Assembly: GCF_964228735.1 (NCBI RefSeq)
Contig: NZ_CAXRBQ010000158.1
Coordinates: 4,343 to 68,342 of the forward strand
Origin: Pontibacterium sp.
GTDB lineage: Bacteria; Pseudomonadota; Gammaproteobacteria; Pseudomonadales; Balneatricaceae
DNA length: 64,000 bases
Direction: 5' to 3'
The translations under genes were made by a program, and so were the position numbers. The first letter of the stretch is position 1, and every line of letters starts with the position of its first letter. The notes below the pieces were generated by a model, which saw only the letters and a list, made by a program, of their open reading frames with translations, made no database searches and was not told where the DNA came from. Shown here piece after piece: positions 52,468-61,872 of this stretch.

Positions 52468-53124
52468 ATGGCTGCACGCAAAGATTACGCGTCCAAAAAA
52501 CGCAACGGGAAAACAGCCACCCGCAATACCGCAAAGAAACCGGCACCGCCGCGTAAGAAGGCACCGGTCAAGGCGAAGAAGCCGTTTCCAATCAAGCTGC
52601 TGCTGGTCACCGTTTTGATGACCGGGGCACTCGGCTACCTGCTCTACAGCCTGGTACAGGTAAAACCAGGCAGCGGCACGGTGACCACGGTCAGCAAGCC
52701 GACACCCAAACCGAAAACCGAGGCGAAACCTGCTGCCAAAGTTCAGGAGAAATCCAAACCGGCTCCACAGCCACAGCAAACCGCCAAAGACGAGAAGCGT
52801 TTCGAATTTTACGAAATGCTGCCGAAGAGCGAGGTAACCACCTCCGATCCTACGGTGTACAAATCCACGCCAAAAACGGCCGTGGCACAGCAACAATATC
52901 TGCTGCAGGCGGGTTCGTTCCGCAGTGCGCAGGATGCCGACCGCATGCGCGCCCAGCTGATTCTGTTGGGTCTGCCCAATGTACGGAGCGAAAAGACCAC
53001 CAGCGGCAACGGTATCTGGTACCGCGTACGCACCGGGCCGTTTAAGAACCGCACCGAGTTGAGTGCTGCCACCAACAAGCTGGCCAAGCAGAATATCTTC
53101 CCCCTCAAGATCAAGGCCAACTGA
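52468..53124 (+). CDS. SPOR-domain cell-division protein (FtsN-like)
   Basis: Basic N-terminus, a single TM segment, a Pro/Lys-rich linker and a C-terminal SPOR domain (YLLQAGSFRSAQDADRMRAQL...WYRVRTGPF). It lies upstream of hslVU, as ftsN does in E. coli. Confidence 0.7.
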   Translation: MAARKDYASKKRNGKTATRNTAKKPAPPRKKAPVKAKKPFPIKLLLVTVLMTGALGYLLYSLVQVKPGSGTVTTVSKPTPKPKTEAKPAAKVQEKSKPAPQPQQTAKDEKRFEFYEMLPKSEVTTSDPTVYKSTPKTAVAQQQYLLQAGSFRSAQDADRMRAQLILLGLPNVRSEKTTSGNGIWYRVRTGPFKNRTELSAATNKLAKQNIFPLKIKAN

Positions 53125-53174
53125 TCGCACCGGCTGCAAAATACCCTGCATGCAACAAAGCGTGCAGGGTACCC

Positions 53175-53204
53175 CTTGAAAAAGTCCCAAGCGCATCCAT
53201 ATCT
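53175..53204 (+). promoter_or_regulatory. candidate sigma-32 heat-shock promoter of hslVU
   Basis: CCCTTGAAAA, spacer, then ATCCATATCT, compared with the consensus CTTGAAA-N13-15-CCCCATnT. Confidence 0.55.
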
Positions 53205-53475
53205 TAGGGAAGGTGCGAACACGTCCTGTTTGGCTCTGGCTTTCGGGAAGGTTCACAATCAAGGAAGCGTTTTGCAGTAATGTTGGAACCTTGCAAAAAG
53301 CGCTGACACCGAGTGTGTATCTTCCCGAAAGCCCCAAAGGGCAAGCCCTTAAGCCTGCATCTGCGGTGTTGCAGTTTTTGCCAAGGGCTACGGCCATTAA
53401 CTGCAAACTGCGCCTAGCATCTACAGGCTTAAGGACTTGCAGAGCAGTCACAGGACGTACTCGCACCTTCCTTAA
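53204..53475 (+). repeat. 272-bp inverted-repeat-bounded, multiply hairpinned element (MITE-like insertion or structured hslVU leader)
   Basis: The 26-nt termini TTAGGGAAGGTGCGAACACGTCCTGT / ACAGGACGTACTCGCACCTTCCTTAA are complementary. Nested perfect stems pair 53238-53250 with 53321-53333 (13 bp) and 53347-53357 with 53424-53434 (11 bp), and there are inner hairpins. Confidence 0.55.
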
Positions 53476-53506
53476 TTCGAACATTAACCAAAAGGTTCAG
53501 CGCTTA

Positions 53507-54037
53507 ATGACTACCATTGTTTCAGTACGCCGCGGTGACAAAGTTGTTGTCGGCGGTGATGGTCAGGTATCCCTGGGCAACACCGTAATGAAAGGCAGTG
53601 CCAAGAAAGTAAATCGCCTGCCAAAACACGACGTGGTAACCGGTTTTGCCGGCTCTACTGCCGACGCCATCACCCTGCGAGACCTGTTTGAACAGCAGCT
53701 GGACAAACATCAGGGCAACATCGTGAATGCCGTGATCCACCTGGCGCGCGAATGGCGCAGCGACCGTGTACTGCGCCGTCTGGAAGCACTGATGCTGGTG
53801 GCAAACAGCGAAAAAACCTACCTGATCTCCGGTAACGGCGACGTGATTGAGCCGGAAGACGGCGTGATCGCCATCGGTTCCGGCGGCAACTTCGCCCTCG
53901 CCGCAGCCCGCGCCCTGAACGACAACACCGAGCTTGGCGCCCGTGATATCGTAGAGAAAAGCCTGAATATCGCCGCTAGCATCTGTGTATTCACCAACGA
54001 CAACCTGACCATCGAAGAGCTGGATTCAGTAGCCTGA
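53507..54037 (+). CDS. hslV: ATP-dependent protease subunit HslV
   Basis: [20 protein letters not shown] carries the N-terminal catalytic Thr after Met removal. The product is 176 aa; the 53213 ORF-track start runs through the repeat element. Confidence 0.95.
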   Translation: MTTIVSVRRGDKVVVGGDGQVSLGNTVMKGSAKKVNRLPKHDVVTGFAGSTADAITLRDLFEQQLDKHQGNIVNAVIHLAREWRSDRVLRRLEALMLVANSEKTYLISGNGDVIEPEDGVIAIGSGGNFALAAARALNDNTELGARDIVEKSLNIAASICVFTNDNLTIEELDSVA

Positions 54038-54055
54038 TTCCAACGGGAGTTTTGA

Positions 54056-55402
54056 ATGTCTGATATGACCCCTCGCGAAATCGTCCACGAACTGGATCGC
54101 CACATTGTCGGCCAGGATGACGCTAAACGTTCCGTTGCCAACGCCCTGCGCAACCGCTGGCGCCGCATGCAGCTGAACGAAGAGCTGCGTGTTGAAGTAA
54201 CCCCAAAAAACATTCTGATGATCGGCCCGACCGGTGTCGGTAAAACCGAGATCGCCCGCCGTCTGGCGAAACTGGCCAACGCACCGTTCATCAAAGTTGA
54301 AGCGACCAAGTTCACCGAGGTGGGCTACGTAGGCCGTGATGTGGAAACCATCATCCGCGACTTGGTCGACATGGCGATCAAGATGCTTCGCGAAACCGAG
54401 ATGGAGAAGGTCCGCTTCCGCGCCGAGGAGGCCGCAGAAGAGCGTATTCTGGACGCCCTGCTGCCTCCGGCTCGTGAAACCAGCATGGGTTTCAGCAACG
54501 AACCGGCAGAACCATCCCGCACCGACAGCGCCACTCGCCAGATCTTCCGCAAGAAACTGCGTGAAGGTCAGTTGGATGACAAAGAGATCGAAATCGAAGT
54601 AGCTGAGCCGCAGATGGGTGTTGAGATCATGGCACCTCCCGGCATGGAAGAGATGACCAGCCAGCTGCAAAACATGTTTGCCGGTATGGGCAACCAGCGT
54701 AAGCAAAGCCGTCGTCTGAAGGTAAAAGACGCCTTTAAGCTGCTGACCGACGAAGAAGCGGCCAGTATGATCAAAGAAGACGACCTAAAGCAGAAAGCCG
54801 TGGAAGCGGTTGAGCAGAACGGTATCGTGTTCCTGGATGAGATCGACAAAGTCTGCAAACGTACCGAAAACACCGGTGGCGACGTGTCCCGTGAAGGTGT
54901 GCAGCGTGACCTGTTGCCGCTGATCGAAGGCTGCACCGTCAGCACCAAGTACGGTATGGTGAAAACCGACCACATCCTGTTTATCGCGTCTGGTGCATTC
55001 CATCTGGCGCGTCCGTCCGACTTGATTCCGGAGCTGCAGGGCCGTCTGCCGATCCGTGTAGAGCTGAACGCCCTGACACCGGAAGACTTCCGTCGCATCC
55101 TGACCGAACCGAATGCCTCCCTGACCGAACAGTACCAGGCGTTGCTGAAGACCGAGGGTGTGAACCTGGAGTTTACCGAAGAGGGGATCGAGCGTATTGC
55201 CGAACTGGCATTCCAGGTGAACGAGTCAACCGAGAACATCGGTGCCCGTCGTCTGCACACCATGATGGAACGCCTGCTGGAGGAACTGTCCTTCAACGCC
55301 GCCGACCTGAACGGTCAGACCATCACTGTGGATAAGCCGTTTGTAAACAAATACCTGGATGAACTGAGTCAGGACGAAGACCTGAGCCACTACATCCTGT
55401 AA
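54056..55402 (+). CDS. hslU: ATP-dependent protease ATPase subunit HslU
   Basis: [22 protein letters not shown] and Walker [16 protein letters not shown]. Confidence 0.97.
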   Translation: MSDMTPREIVHELDRHIVGQDDAKRSVANALRNRWRRMQLNEELRVEVTPKNILMIGPTGVGKTEIARRLAKLANAPFIKVEATKFTEVGYVGRDVETIIRDLVDMAIKMLRETEMEKVRFRAEEAAEERILDALLPPARETSMGFSNEPAEPSRTDSATRQIFRKKLREGQLDDKEIEIEVAEPQMGVEIMAPPGMEEMTSQLQNMFAGMGNQRKQSRRLKVKDAFKLLTDEEAASMIKEDDLKQKAVEAVEQNGIVFLDEIDKVCKRTENTGGDVSREGVQRDLLPLIEGCTVSTKYGMVKTDHILFIASGAFHLARPSDLIPELQGRLPIRVELNALTPEDFRRILTEPNASLTEQYQALLKTEGVNLEFTEEGIERIAELAFQVNESTENIGARRLHTMMERLLEELSFNAADLNGQTITVDKPFVNKYLDELSQDEDLSHYIL

Positions 55403-55421
55403 CGGCAGATCCAAACCACTC

Positions 55422-55485
55422 AACGGGCGTATACTTTAGGTGCGGAATACAGTTCTGCATCCAGAGATACGCCCGTTTGTTTTTC
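55422..55485 (+). terminator. rho-independent terminator of hslVU
   Basis: AACGGGCGTAT...ATACGCCCGTT long hairpin followed by tgttttt. Confidence 0.7.
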
Positions 55486-55510
55486 ATGCCCCAACAACAA
55501 GGTAACCAAC

Positions 55511-55885
55511 ATGAGCCACACGCTTCCTTCAGACATCCGTTTGCACAAGAAGTCCCGCACCTTGGAGCTGGTCTACCCGGACGGCGCTTACGAACTGACC
55601 GCCGAATTCTTGCGCGTACACTCCCCGTCTGCGGAAGTGCGCGGCCACGGCATCGGCAATGCGGTATTGCAGACCGGCAAGCAGTTCGTGGGTATCAAGG
55701 GTGTGCAGCCATCAGGCAACTATGCGATCAAGATCATCTTTGATGACGGCCACGACAGCGGTTTGTATACCTGGGACTACCTGCGCGACCTGTGCCAGAA
55801 CCACGACCAGTATTGGCAAACCTACCTGCAGAAGCTGCAGGACGCCGGTGAAAGCCGCAATGACGGCCTGATCGCCCGGGGCTGA
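55511..55885 (+). CDS. DUF971 family protein (gamma-butyrobetaine hydroxylase-like N-terminal domain)
   Basis: LRVHSPSAEVRGHG...GNYAIKIIFDDGHDSGLYTWDYLRDL signature. It lies downstream of hslU as in Pseudomonas. Confidence 0.7.
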   Translation: MSHTLPSDIRLHKKSRTLELVYPDGAYELTAEFLRVHSPSAEVRGHGIGNAVLQTGKQFVGIKGVQPSGNYAIKIIFDDGHDSGLYTWDYLRDLCQNHDQYWQTYLQKLQDAGESRNDGLIARG

Positions 55886-55970
55886 GCAGCGACTTGACGT
55901 CGGTTCGGGACAAACCCCGCAGGTGCCGGTACAATGCGTGCAATTTTATCGTTAAGCGATCTCCAGAATC

Positions 55971-56729
55971 ATGACTGATCAGAATAAAGACCAGACCACC
56001 CACTTCGGCTACGAAACCGTTGATGTAAACGACAAGCAGAAGAAAGTAGCGGACGTTTTCCACAGCGTGGCGTCCAAGTACGATGTGATGAACGACCTGA
56101 TGTCCGGTGGTATCCACCGCATCTGGAAACGTCTCACCATCGAGCAGAGCGGCGTGCGTGCCGGTGGTACCGTGCTGGATATCGCGGGGGGTACCGGTGA
56201 CCTGACCATGCGTTTCTCTCGCTTGGTCGGCCCAACCGGCAAAGTAGTTCTGGCGGATATCAACGACTCCATGCTGAAAGTGGGTCGCGATCGTTTGTAC
56301 GACCGCGGCGTAACCGGCAACGTGGAGTTTGTACAGGCTAATGCTCAGTCCCTGCCGTTCCCGGACAACACCTTTGATGTGATCACCATCGCCTTTGGTC
56401 TGCGTAACGTGACCTACAAGGATCAGGCGCTGGCATCCATGGCACGCGTACTGAAGCCGGGCGGCAAACTGATGGTGCTGGAGTTCTCCAAAACCGATAA
56501 CCCGGTACTGACCAAGCTGTACGACTTCTACTCCTTCAACATCCTGCCGCAGATGGGCCAGTTGATCGCAGGTGATGCCGAGAGCTACAAATACCTAGCG
56601 GAATCGATCCGCATGCACCCGGATCAGGACACCCTGAAAGGCATGATGGAAGACGCTGGCCTGACCAACTGTAAGTACCAGAACATGACCGGCGGCATCG
56701 TTGCCCTGCACACCGGCATCAAACCTTAA
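55971..56729 (+). CDS. ubiE: ubiquinone/menaquinone biosynthesis C-methyltransferase UbiE
   Basis: THFGYETV...[26 protein letters not shown] and the SAM motif [11 protein letters not shown]. Confidence 0.95.
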   Translation: MTDQNKDQTTHFGYETVDVNDKQKKVADVFHSVASKYDVMNDLMSGGIHRIWKRLTIEQSGVRAGGTVLDIAGGTGDLTMRFSRLVGPTGKVVLADINDSMLKVGRDRLYDRGVTGNVEFVQANAQSLPFPDNTFDVITIAFGLRNVTYKDQALASMARVLKPGGKLMVLEFSKTDNPVLTKLYDFYSFNILPQMGQLIAGDAESYKYLAESIRMHPDQDTLKGMMEDAGLTNCKYQNMTGGIVALHTGIKP

Positions 56730-56768
56730 AGATCACTCCCTTTAAGATCAAAATAAGGACCCAGGCTA

Positions 56769-57389
56769 ATGATCGAGCTGCTCAACGCTACTGCCTTCAC
56801 CGTTGCTGAAGAAGCCGTGAATACCCTGCTGCAGCGAGACCCGGTTACGCTTAGGCATCTGGAGCGCCTCAGCGGTAAGGTGATCGCCATCGAACTCAGC
56901 CTGCCTGCAATCTGTATCTATATTCTGCCCAACGCCACCGGTTTGCAGCTGCAATCCCATATCGAGGATGATGCGGATGTGGTGCTGAGCGGTAGCCCGG
57001 CCGATTTCATCAAGCTGCTGACCAGCAAAGATGCGGCGGATGCGATGTTTGGCAAGGGCATCACAGTGACGGGTGACAGCGGTCTGGCGACCCGTTTTCA
57101 GGAGATCATGGCGGATACCCGCATCGACTGGGAAGGCGCCCTGGGTGATATCGTGGGCGATCTGCCCGCCCATCAGTTGGCAACTTTCTTTAACTGGAAG
57201 GTCGACAGCACCAAACGCACCGGCAGCAGCTTTATCCACAATCTGGAAGAGTACCTGACCGAAGAAGCGCGTATGCTGCCAACCCGCCCGGAAGTGGATA
57301 ACTTCCTGCGTAACGTGGATCAGGTACGTGATTCTGTCGACCGACTCGAAGCCCGTATCCAGCAGCTGCAACACAAACTGCACGCTTAA
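56769..57389 (+). CDS. ubiJ: ubiquinone biosynthesis accessory factor UbiJ (SCP2 domain)
   Basis: SCP2-like N-terminal half and a C-terminal amphipathic helix, collinear with remembered E. coli YigP/UbiJ and positioned after ubiE. Confidence 0.7.
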   Translation: MIELLNATAFTVAEEAVNTLLQRDPVTLRHLERLSGKVIAIELSLPAICIYILPNATGLQLQSHIEDDADVVLSGSPADFIKLLTSKDAADAMFGKGITVTGDSGLATRFQEIMADTRIDWEGALGDIVGDLPAHQLATFFNWKVDSTKRTGSSFIHNLEEYLTEEARMLPTRPEVDNFLRNVDQVRDSVDRLEARIQQLQHKLHA

Positions 57390-57396
57390 TTGATGA

Positions 57397-57831
57397 TCAG
57401 CTGATCATTGGCTCATCGCTGAAGGTGAGCCGCCCCTCTGACTCCAGCTCACGGGCAACCGCCACAATACGCGCCTGCGCATCCTCGACCTCCCGCTTTG
57501 GTACCGGTGCCATCGCTTGTAGCTCATCCAGCAATATCTGCGCCCGACGCTTGGAAACACCTGCCAATAGAACCTGCTTATCCACACTAGAGAGTCCGCG
57601 CATCGCCAGCAGCAGATCGCTGTCGGTCAGTTGCCCAATCAGCAGCGCCAGCTGTGTTTGTGGCAGTTTGAGAATCTGTTGGAAGGAGAGCCGTTGCGTC
57701 GATAGCCAGTCGGCCAACGCCGGATCATCGTCGCGGATCTGTTCGATCATGCGTTCCGCAGCACAGGGAGACATCCCGGCCAGCATCAACGCCAAGCGCC
57801 GCCAGCCGGGTTTAACAGATGGAGTGGTCAT
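57397..57831 (-). CDS. stand-alone FliG C-terminal-domain-like (MgtE_N/FliG_C fold) protein
   Basis: FQQILKLPQTQLALLIGQLTDSDLLLAMRGLSSVDKQVLLAGVSKRRAQILLDELQAMAPVPKREVEDAQARIVAVARELESEGRL aligns with E. coli FliG FEDLVKLDDRSIQRVLQEVDSESLLIALKGAEPPLREKFLRNMSQRAADILRDDLANRGPVRLSQVENEQKAILLIVRRLAETGEM. The start is uncertain (57831 or 57861). Confidence 0.6.
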   Translation of the reverse strand: MTTPSVKPGWRRLALMLAGMSPCAAERMIEQIRDDDPALADWLSTQRLSFQQILKLPQTQLALLIGQLTDSDLLLAMRGLSSVDKQVLLAGVSKRRAQILLDELQAMAPVPKREVEDAQARIVAVARELESEGRLTFSDEPMIS

Positions 57832-57838
57832 AGCCAGC

Positions 57839-58252
57839 TTAGAACGGCTTGACCACAACAAAGATCAGGATCGGGATAAAGATCAGCAGCGGCAGCTCAT
57901 TAAAGAGGCGGAAGTAACGCCCGCTGCGATCCAGTGTGCCAGCCTGCATCTTGTTCAGGTAGAGCTTGCACCAGTAGTGGTAACCGATCAGCAACCCCAC
58001 AAACGTGAGCTTGGCGTGCAACCAGGCACCGCTGAAGCCGTACCCCAGCCACAACCAGAAACCCAATCCCAGGGTAAACAGCGCCATGATGGTCATAAAA
58101 CCGAACAGCTTGCGCGCCATGATCTCCAGACGCGCCACATCCTGACCGGCCTCACGGCCTTCTACATAGTGCACAAAGATGCGTGGCAGATAGAAGATTC
58201 CGGCCATCCAGCTGGTCATCGCCAGAATATGAAAGGTTTTTACCCACAACAT
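57839..58252 (-). CDS. hemJ: protoporphyrinogen IX oxidase HemJ
   Basis: 137 aa, 4 TM segments, with MLWVKTFHILAMTSWMAGIFYLPRIFVHY typical of the HemJ/UPF0093 family. Confidence 0.8.
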   Translation of the reverse strand: MLWVKTFHILAMTSWMAGIFYLPRIFVHYVEGREAGQDVARLEIMARKLFGFMTIMALFTLGLGFWLWLGYGFSGAWLHAKLTFVGLLIGYHYWCKLYLNKMQAGTLDRSGRYFRLFNELPLLIFIPILIFVVVKPF

Positions 58253-58305
58253 TGAATACGTTTCCTCACGTTTGTCCCGTCACCGGCCCTCCTGGGCGCA
58301 GTAAA

Positions 58306-58968
58306 TTACTTCGCTGCCGTCTCCACCGTCAGCAGATCCACCAGCTCCACCTGTAGCTGATCACCCGGTTGTACCGGTCCAACGCCAGCAGGGGTACCGG
58401 TCAGCACCACATCACCCGGCTCCAGGGTAAAGTAAGCGCTGATATAACTGATCAGCGGCAGCACCTGGTTCAGCATATGGCTGCTATTGCCATCCTGACG
58501 CAGCTCTCCGTTGACCCGCAAACGGATCTGCTGGTCCTGCAGATCAGCCACCTGATCCGGTTTTACAAACACCGACAGCGGACAGGCACCGTCGAACGCC
58601 TTCGCCTTTTCCCACGGATGGCCTTTTGCTTTCAGCTTGTCCTGCACATCGCGTAAAGTCAGATCCAAACCCAGACCTACACCCGCAATGGCCGCCTTGG
58701 CGGCGCTCAGATCGGCATGCTGCAGACGTTCACCGATCAGGATCGACATCTCGGTTTCAAAGTGCACAGAGCCCAGCCCCTGCGGTACGGCAAACGGTTG
58801 TTCCATCGGCACCACGCTGCTGGCCGGCTTGATAAACAGCATCGGTTCAGTGGGAATCGGGTTGTTGAGTTCAGCGGCATGGTCGGCATAGTTGCGCCCT
58901 ACACAAACCACCTTGCCCAAGGGCAGGTTGGTTTCGCTGTTGTCCTTAAATCGGTGTGTGTACTGCAT
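58306..58968 (-). CDS. fumarylacetoacetate hydrolase family protein (YcgM/FAHD1-like)
   Basis: KVVCVGRNYADHAAELNNPIPTEPMLFIKP, the E..E metal ligands and the C-terminal GDVVLTGTPAGVG. Confidence 0.85.
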   Translation of the reverse strand: MQYTHRFKDNSETNLPLGKVVCVGRNYADHAAELNNPIPTEPMLFIKPASSVVPMEQPFAVPQGLGSVHFETEMSILIGERLQHADLSAAKAAIAGVGLGLDLTLRDVQDKLKAKGHPWEKAKAFDGACPLSVFVKPDQVADLQDQQIRLRVNGELRQDGNSSHMLNQVLPLISYISAYFTLEPGDVVLTGTPAGVGPVQPGDQLQVELVDLLTVETAAK

Positions 58969-59092
58969 GGTACCTCCGCTCTCTGTTCAGCTGCTGCGCC
59001 ATCTTAGCTTGCAGCACGGTTGTGGAAAAGTCGGAAACGCAAAAAGGCCCGTGCGATACAACGCAACAGGCCAGGGATCAGATTAAGGGGGG

Positions 59093-60313
59093 TTAAGCAG
59101 GGTGCGCCTGCAAATGACGCTTATCCTGCAGCAGCAACCAAAGAGACAGGCTTAAAGTTATCCCCAAGACGAAAACCGATCCGGTCACCACCCCGGACCA
59201 GCCGGCCCACTGCCAGAACGGATCCAGATAAAAACCACCACAGCTGGCGCCCAGGTAGTAGAACACCAGATACAGTGAGTTTGCGCTGGCCCGAGCATGG
59301 GGGGCGGCGCGACTGACCCAACCGCTGGCCGAGGAGTGCGCGAGGAAGAATCCAAAACTGTTCAGCAGGAAACCGAAAATAATTCCCACCAGACTAGGTA
59401 GCAGGGTCACCAGTGAACCGCAGATCAGCACACCAATGCCCAGTGCAATGACCAGCGGTTGCGGCAGGTACTGAGCGATTTTGCCGGAAAATGCAGAGCC
59501 CAGCGTGCCACTCAGGTAGGTGAGGAACAGCATACCCAATAGGGATGCGGGAAGATTATAAGGCGCATCCGCAAGCACAAAGGTGATGTAGCTGTACTGG
59601 TTGATAAAGATAAAGAAGTTAAAGCCGCCGATCAGGTACGCCGCCAGCAACAGGGGATTGCGTAGATGCCCCAGCAGGTCACGCCCCATCGCCAGCGGGT
59701 GCAGCGACTGGGCTTTAAAGCGGCGCGAAGGCGGCAGCAACAGCGCAAACACCAACAAGCCCAGCACACTCAGCAACGTCATCACTTCAAATGCCGCCGA
59801 CCAGCCCAGCCAGTCACCGACAAAGCCACCGATCAGGCGACCGCTGATGCCCCCCAGCGTATTACCGCTGATATACACACCCACCGCGATTAACAGTGCC
59901 TTTTTGCTGTATTCGTCACCCATGTAGGCAATTGCAATCGCTGGCAGGCCACCCATCAGAAAGCCTTGCAGGCCCCGCAATATAAGCAACGTAGAGTAAT
60001 CATGGGTTTGGGAGAGCAGCAGGGTGATCAGAGCAGTGCCGCCAATACTGAGGATCATCAAGCCACGCCGACCAATCGCATCCGACAACGGCCCATACAC
60101 GAGCAACGACAGCCCCAGTGTCAGCGTAGAAACGGTAAAACTCCAACCCGCTTCCAGCGCATTCACCTCGAACTCCTGCGCCAGCATTGGCAACAGCGGC
60201 TGGGTCAGGTAGAGGTTGGCAAAAATGATATAGGACCCCACACACAGGGCCAGCGTCGCGCGCCAGAACAAGCCACTGCCGCTTTCAATCGCGGTGTCGT
60301 TTCGCTGTGACAT
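59093..60313 (-). CDS. MFS transporter (YnfM-like)
   Basis: 12 predicted TM segments and the MFS loop motif GPLSDAIGRRG. Confidence 0.85.
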   Translation of the reverse strand: MSQRNDTAIESGSGLFWRATLALCVGSYIIFANLYLTQPLLPMLAQEFEVNALEAGWSFTVSTLTLGLSLLVYGPLSDAIGRRGLMILSIGGTALITLLLSQTHDYSTLLILRGLQGFLMGGLPAIAIAYMGDEYSKKALLIAVGVYISGNTLGGISGRLIGGFVGDWLGWSAAFEVMTLLSVLGLLVFALLLPPSRRFKAQSLHPLAMGRDLLGHLRNPLLLAAYLIGGFNFFIFINQYSYITFVLADAPYNLPASLLGMLFLTYLSGTLGSAFSGKIAQYLPQPLVIALGIGVLICGSLVTLLPSLVGIIFGFLLNSFGFFLAHSSASGWVSRAAPHARASANSLYLVFYYLGASCGGFYLDPFWQWAGWSGVVTGSVFVLGITLSLSLWLLLQDKRHLQAHPA

Positions 60314-60408
60314 ATATCCTCCCAGGTTCTGGCGGGAAGATTAGCAGCCCCCTAATGATCATAAAAATATATACTTCTTATCATTCAGATAATTTTTATT
60401 GATCAACC

Positions 60409-61281
60409 ATGGATATCAAACCACTGCGCTACTTTCAGGCGATCGCCGAGGCCAACAGCTTTACCAAAGCGGCGGAACGGCTGCATGTGGCGCAACCGGC
60501 CATCAGCATGGCCATCAAGAAACTGGAGGCGGAACTGGACCTCACCCTCTTCCACCGCCACGAACGCCAAATCAGCCTGACCGACGAAGGCAAGGTATTG
60601 CTGCAACACAGCCGCCGCATCCTGCAGGCGATCGACGATGCCCGCTTGGAAATGGAAGAGCTTAAGGGCCTGACCAAAGGCGAGGTCCGTATTGGCATTC
60701 CCAGCATGCTGGGGTCCTACCATTTCCCGCCGATCCTAATGGCGTTCCGCCACCGTTACCCGGATCTGGACCTGGCCGTGATCGAAGGTGGCACCTGGCA
60801 GCTGCAACAGATGCTGGAACGCGGCGAACTGGACCTGGCGATCATCGTGGCAGAGTTTCTCCCCGAGGAATTGCAGGCGATCACCTTCCTGCGCGAACAG
60901 ATGTTGGTAACTGTAGCCCGCGATCATCCATTGGCGACCCAAGAGAGCGTTAGTTTCGACGACTTTTTTAATGAAGAGTTGGTGATGTTCAAAGAGGGTT
61001 ATTTCCACCGCAAAATCGTTGACCGTATGGCAGCCACCGCCGGACGCGATCCCAACATCAGCTTTGAAACCAACCTGATTCCACTGATCAAGGCGATTGT
61101 GAAACAGGGCTTTGGTATCAGCACCCTGCTGGGCATGGTGATCGAGGAGGACCCGGAACTGATCGGCCTTCCCTTCAGTGATCCGGTCTGGCTAGACCTC
61201 TCCATCGCCTGGCGCCGGGACGGCTACCTCTCCCGCGCCAACCAGGCCTTCGTCGATTTTCTGCTGGAACAGAGCCGGTAG
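60409..61281 (+). CDS. LysR-family transcriptional regulator
   Basis: N-terminal HTH (MDIKPLRYFQAIAEANSFTKAAERLHVAQPAISMAIKKLE) plus a substrate-binding domain. It is divergent from the MFS gene. Confidence 0.9.
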   Translation: MDIKPLRYFQAIAEANSFTKAAERLHVAQPAISMAIKKLEAELDLTLFHRHERQISLTDEGKVLLQHSRRILQAIDDARLEMEELKGLTKGEVRIGIPSMLGSYHFPPILMAFRHRYPDLDLAVIEGGTWQLQQMLERGELDLAIIVAEFLPEELQAITFLREQMLVTVARDHPLATQESVSFDDFFNEELVMFKEGYFHRKIVDRMAATAGRDPNISFETNLIPLIKAIVKQGFGISTLLGMVIEEDPELIGLPFSDPVWLDLSIAWRRDGYLSRANQAFVDFLLEQSR

Positions 61282-61323
61282 CCGCTCTATTATGCTGGCC
61301 AGCATTATTAGAGGACGGAAGAA

Positions 61324-61602
61324 ATGAACGTAAACGAATACTTCGACGGCAACGTCAAATCGATCGGTTTTGAAAACAACGAAGGTCGCGTAACTGCTGG
61401 TGTGATGGCACCGGGCGAATACGAGTTTGGCACCAGCGAAAACGAACTGATGAAAGTGGTTTCCGGCGAGCTGATCGTTAAGCTGCCAGGCGAAGAGGAA
61501 TTCAAAGCGTACCCAACCGGTACTGAATTTAAAGTCGCGGCTAACCAGAGCTTCCAGCTGAAGGTTGAGCAGGCGACTGCTTACCTGTGCTTCTACGGCT
61601 GA
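61324..61602 (+). CDS. ppnP: pyrimidine/purine nucleoside phosphorylase PpnP (DUF1255/YaiE)
   Basis: 92 aa with [13 protein letters not shown]...[20 protein letters not shown]...YLCFY signature. Confidence 0.85.
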   Translation: MNVNEYFDGNVKSIGFENNEGRVTAGVMAPGEYEFGTSENELMKVVSGELIVKLPGEEEFKAYPTGTEFKVAANQSFQLKVEQATAYLCFYG

Positions 61603-61872
61603 TCGGACACTCTTTGATCACCGCTGTCAGGCCAGTTTCACGCTGGCCTGATTACTATTTAAACCAATTCCTTCCCTGCTTCTTCTCTGCAATTCAGGAT
61701 TTCCTGTAGCTTATCTCACATTATCTTGAATATTTTTCCGGCAAATCCAGACTTAGCCGCGACCTTTTCATGTGACGCTGTGCTAATATTGCTGTCCTGA
61801 TTTTTTAGGCCGATTGACCCCGGCGGACGAAGCACTACAGCCACTCCGCCCACATACGAGAGTAAGCAGAAG

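Noticed and set aside
53204-53475. I considered whether the 272-bp element is an Rsm/Csr-type sponge RNA, RNase P RNA, 6S RNA or SRP RNA, because it has several GGA/GGGAAGG motifs and a compact fold.
   Set aside because: Most GGA motifs fall inside helices rather than in loops. None of the universally conserved motifs of RNase P (GAGGAAAGUCC), 4.5S or 6S RNA is present. The genomic context does not fit any of these.
53213-53506. The 274-aa ORF extends HslV upstream by 98 codons.
   Set aside because: HslV must begin Met-Thr, because the catalytic N-terminal Thr follows Met removal. The extension is read through the inverted-repeat element and has no protein-like features.
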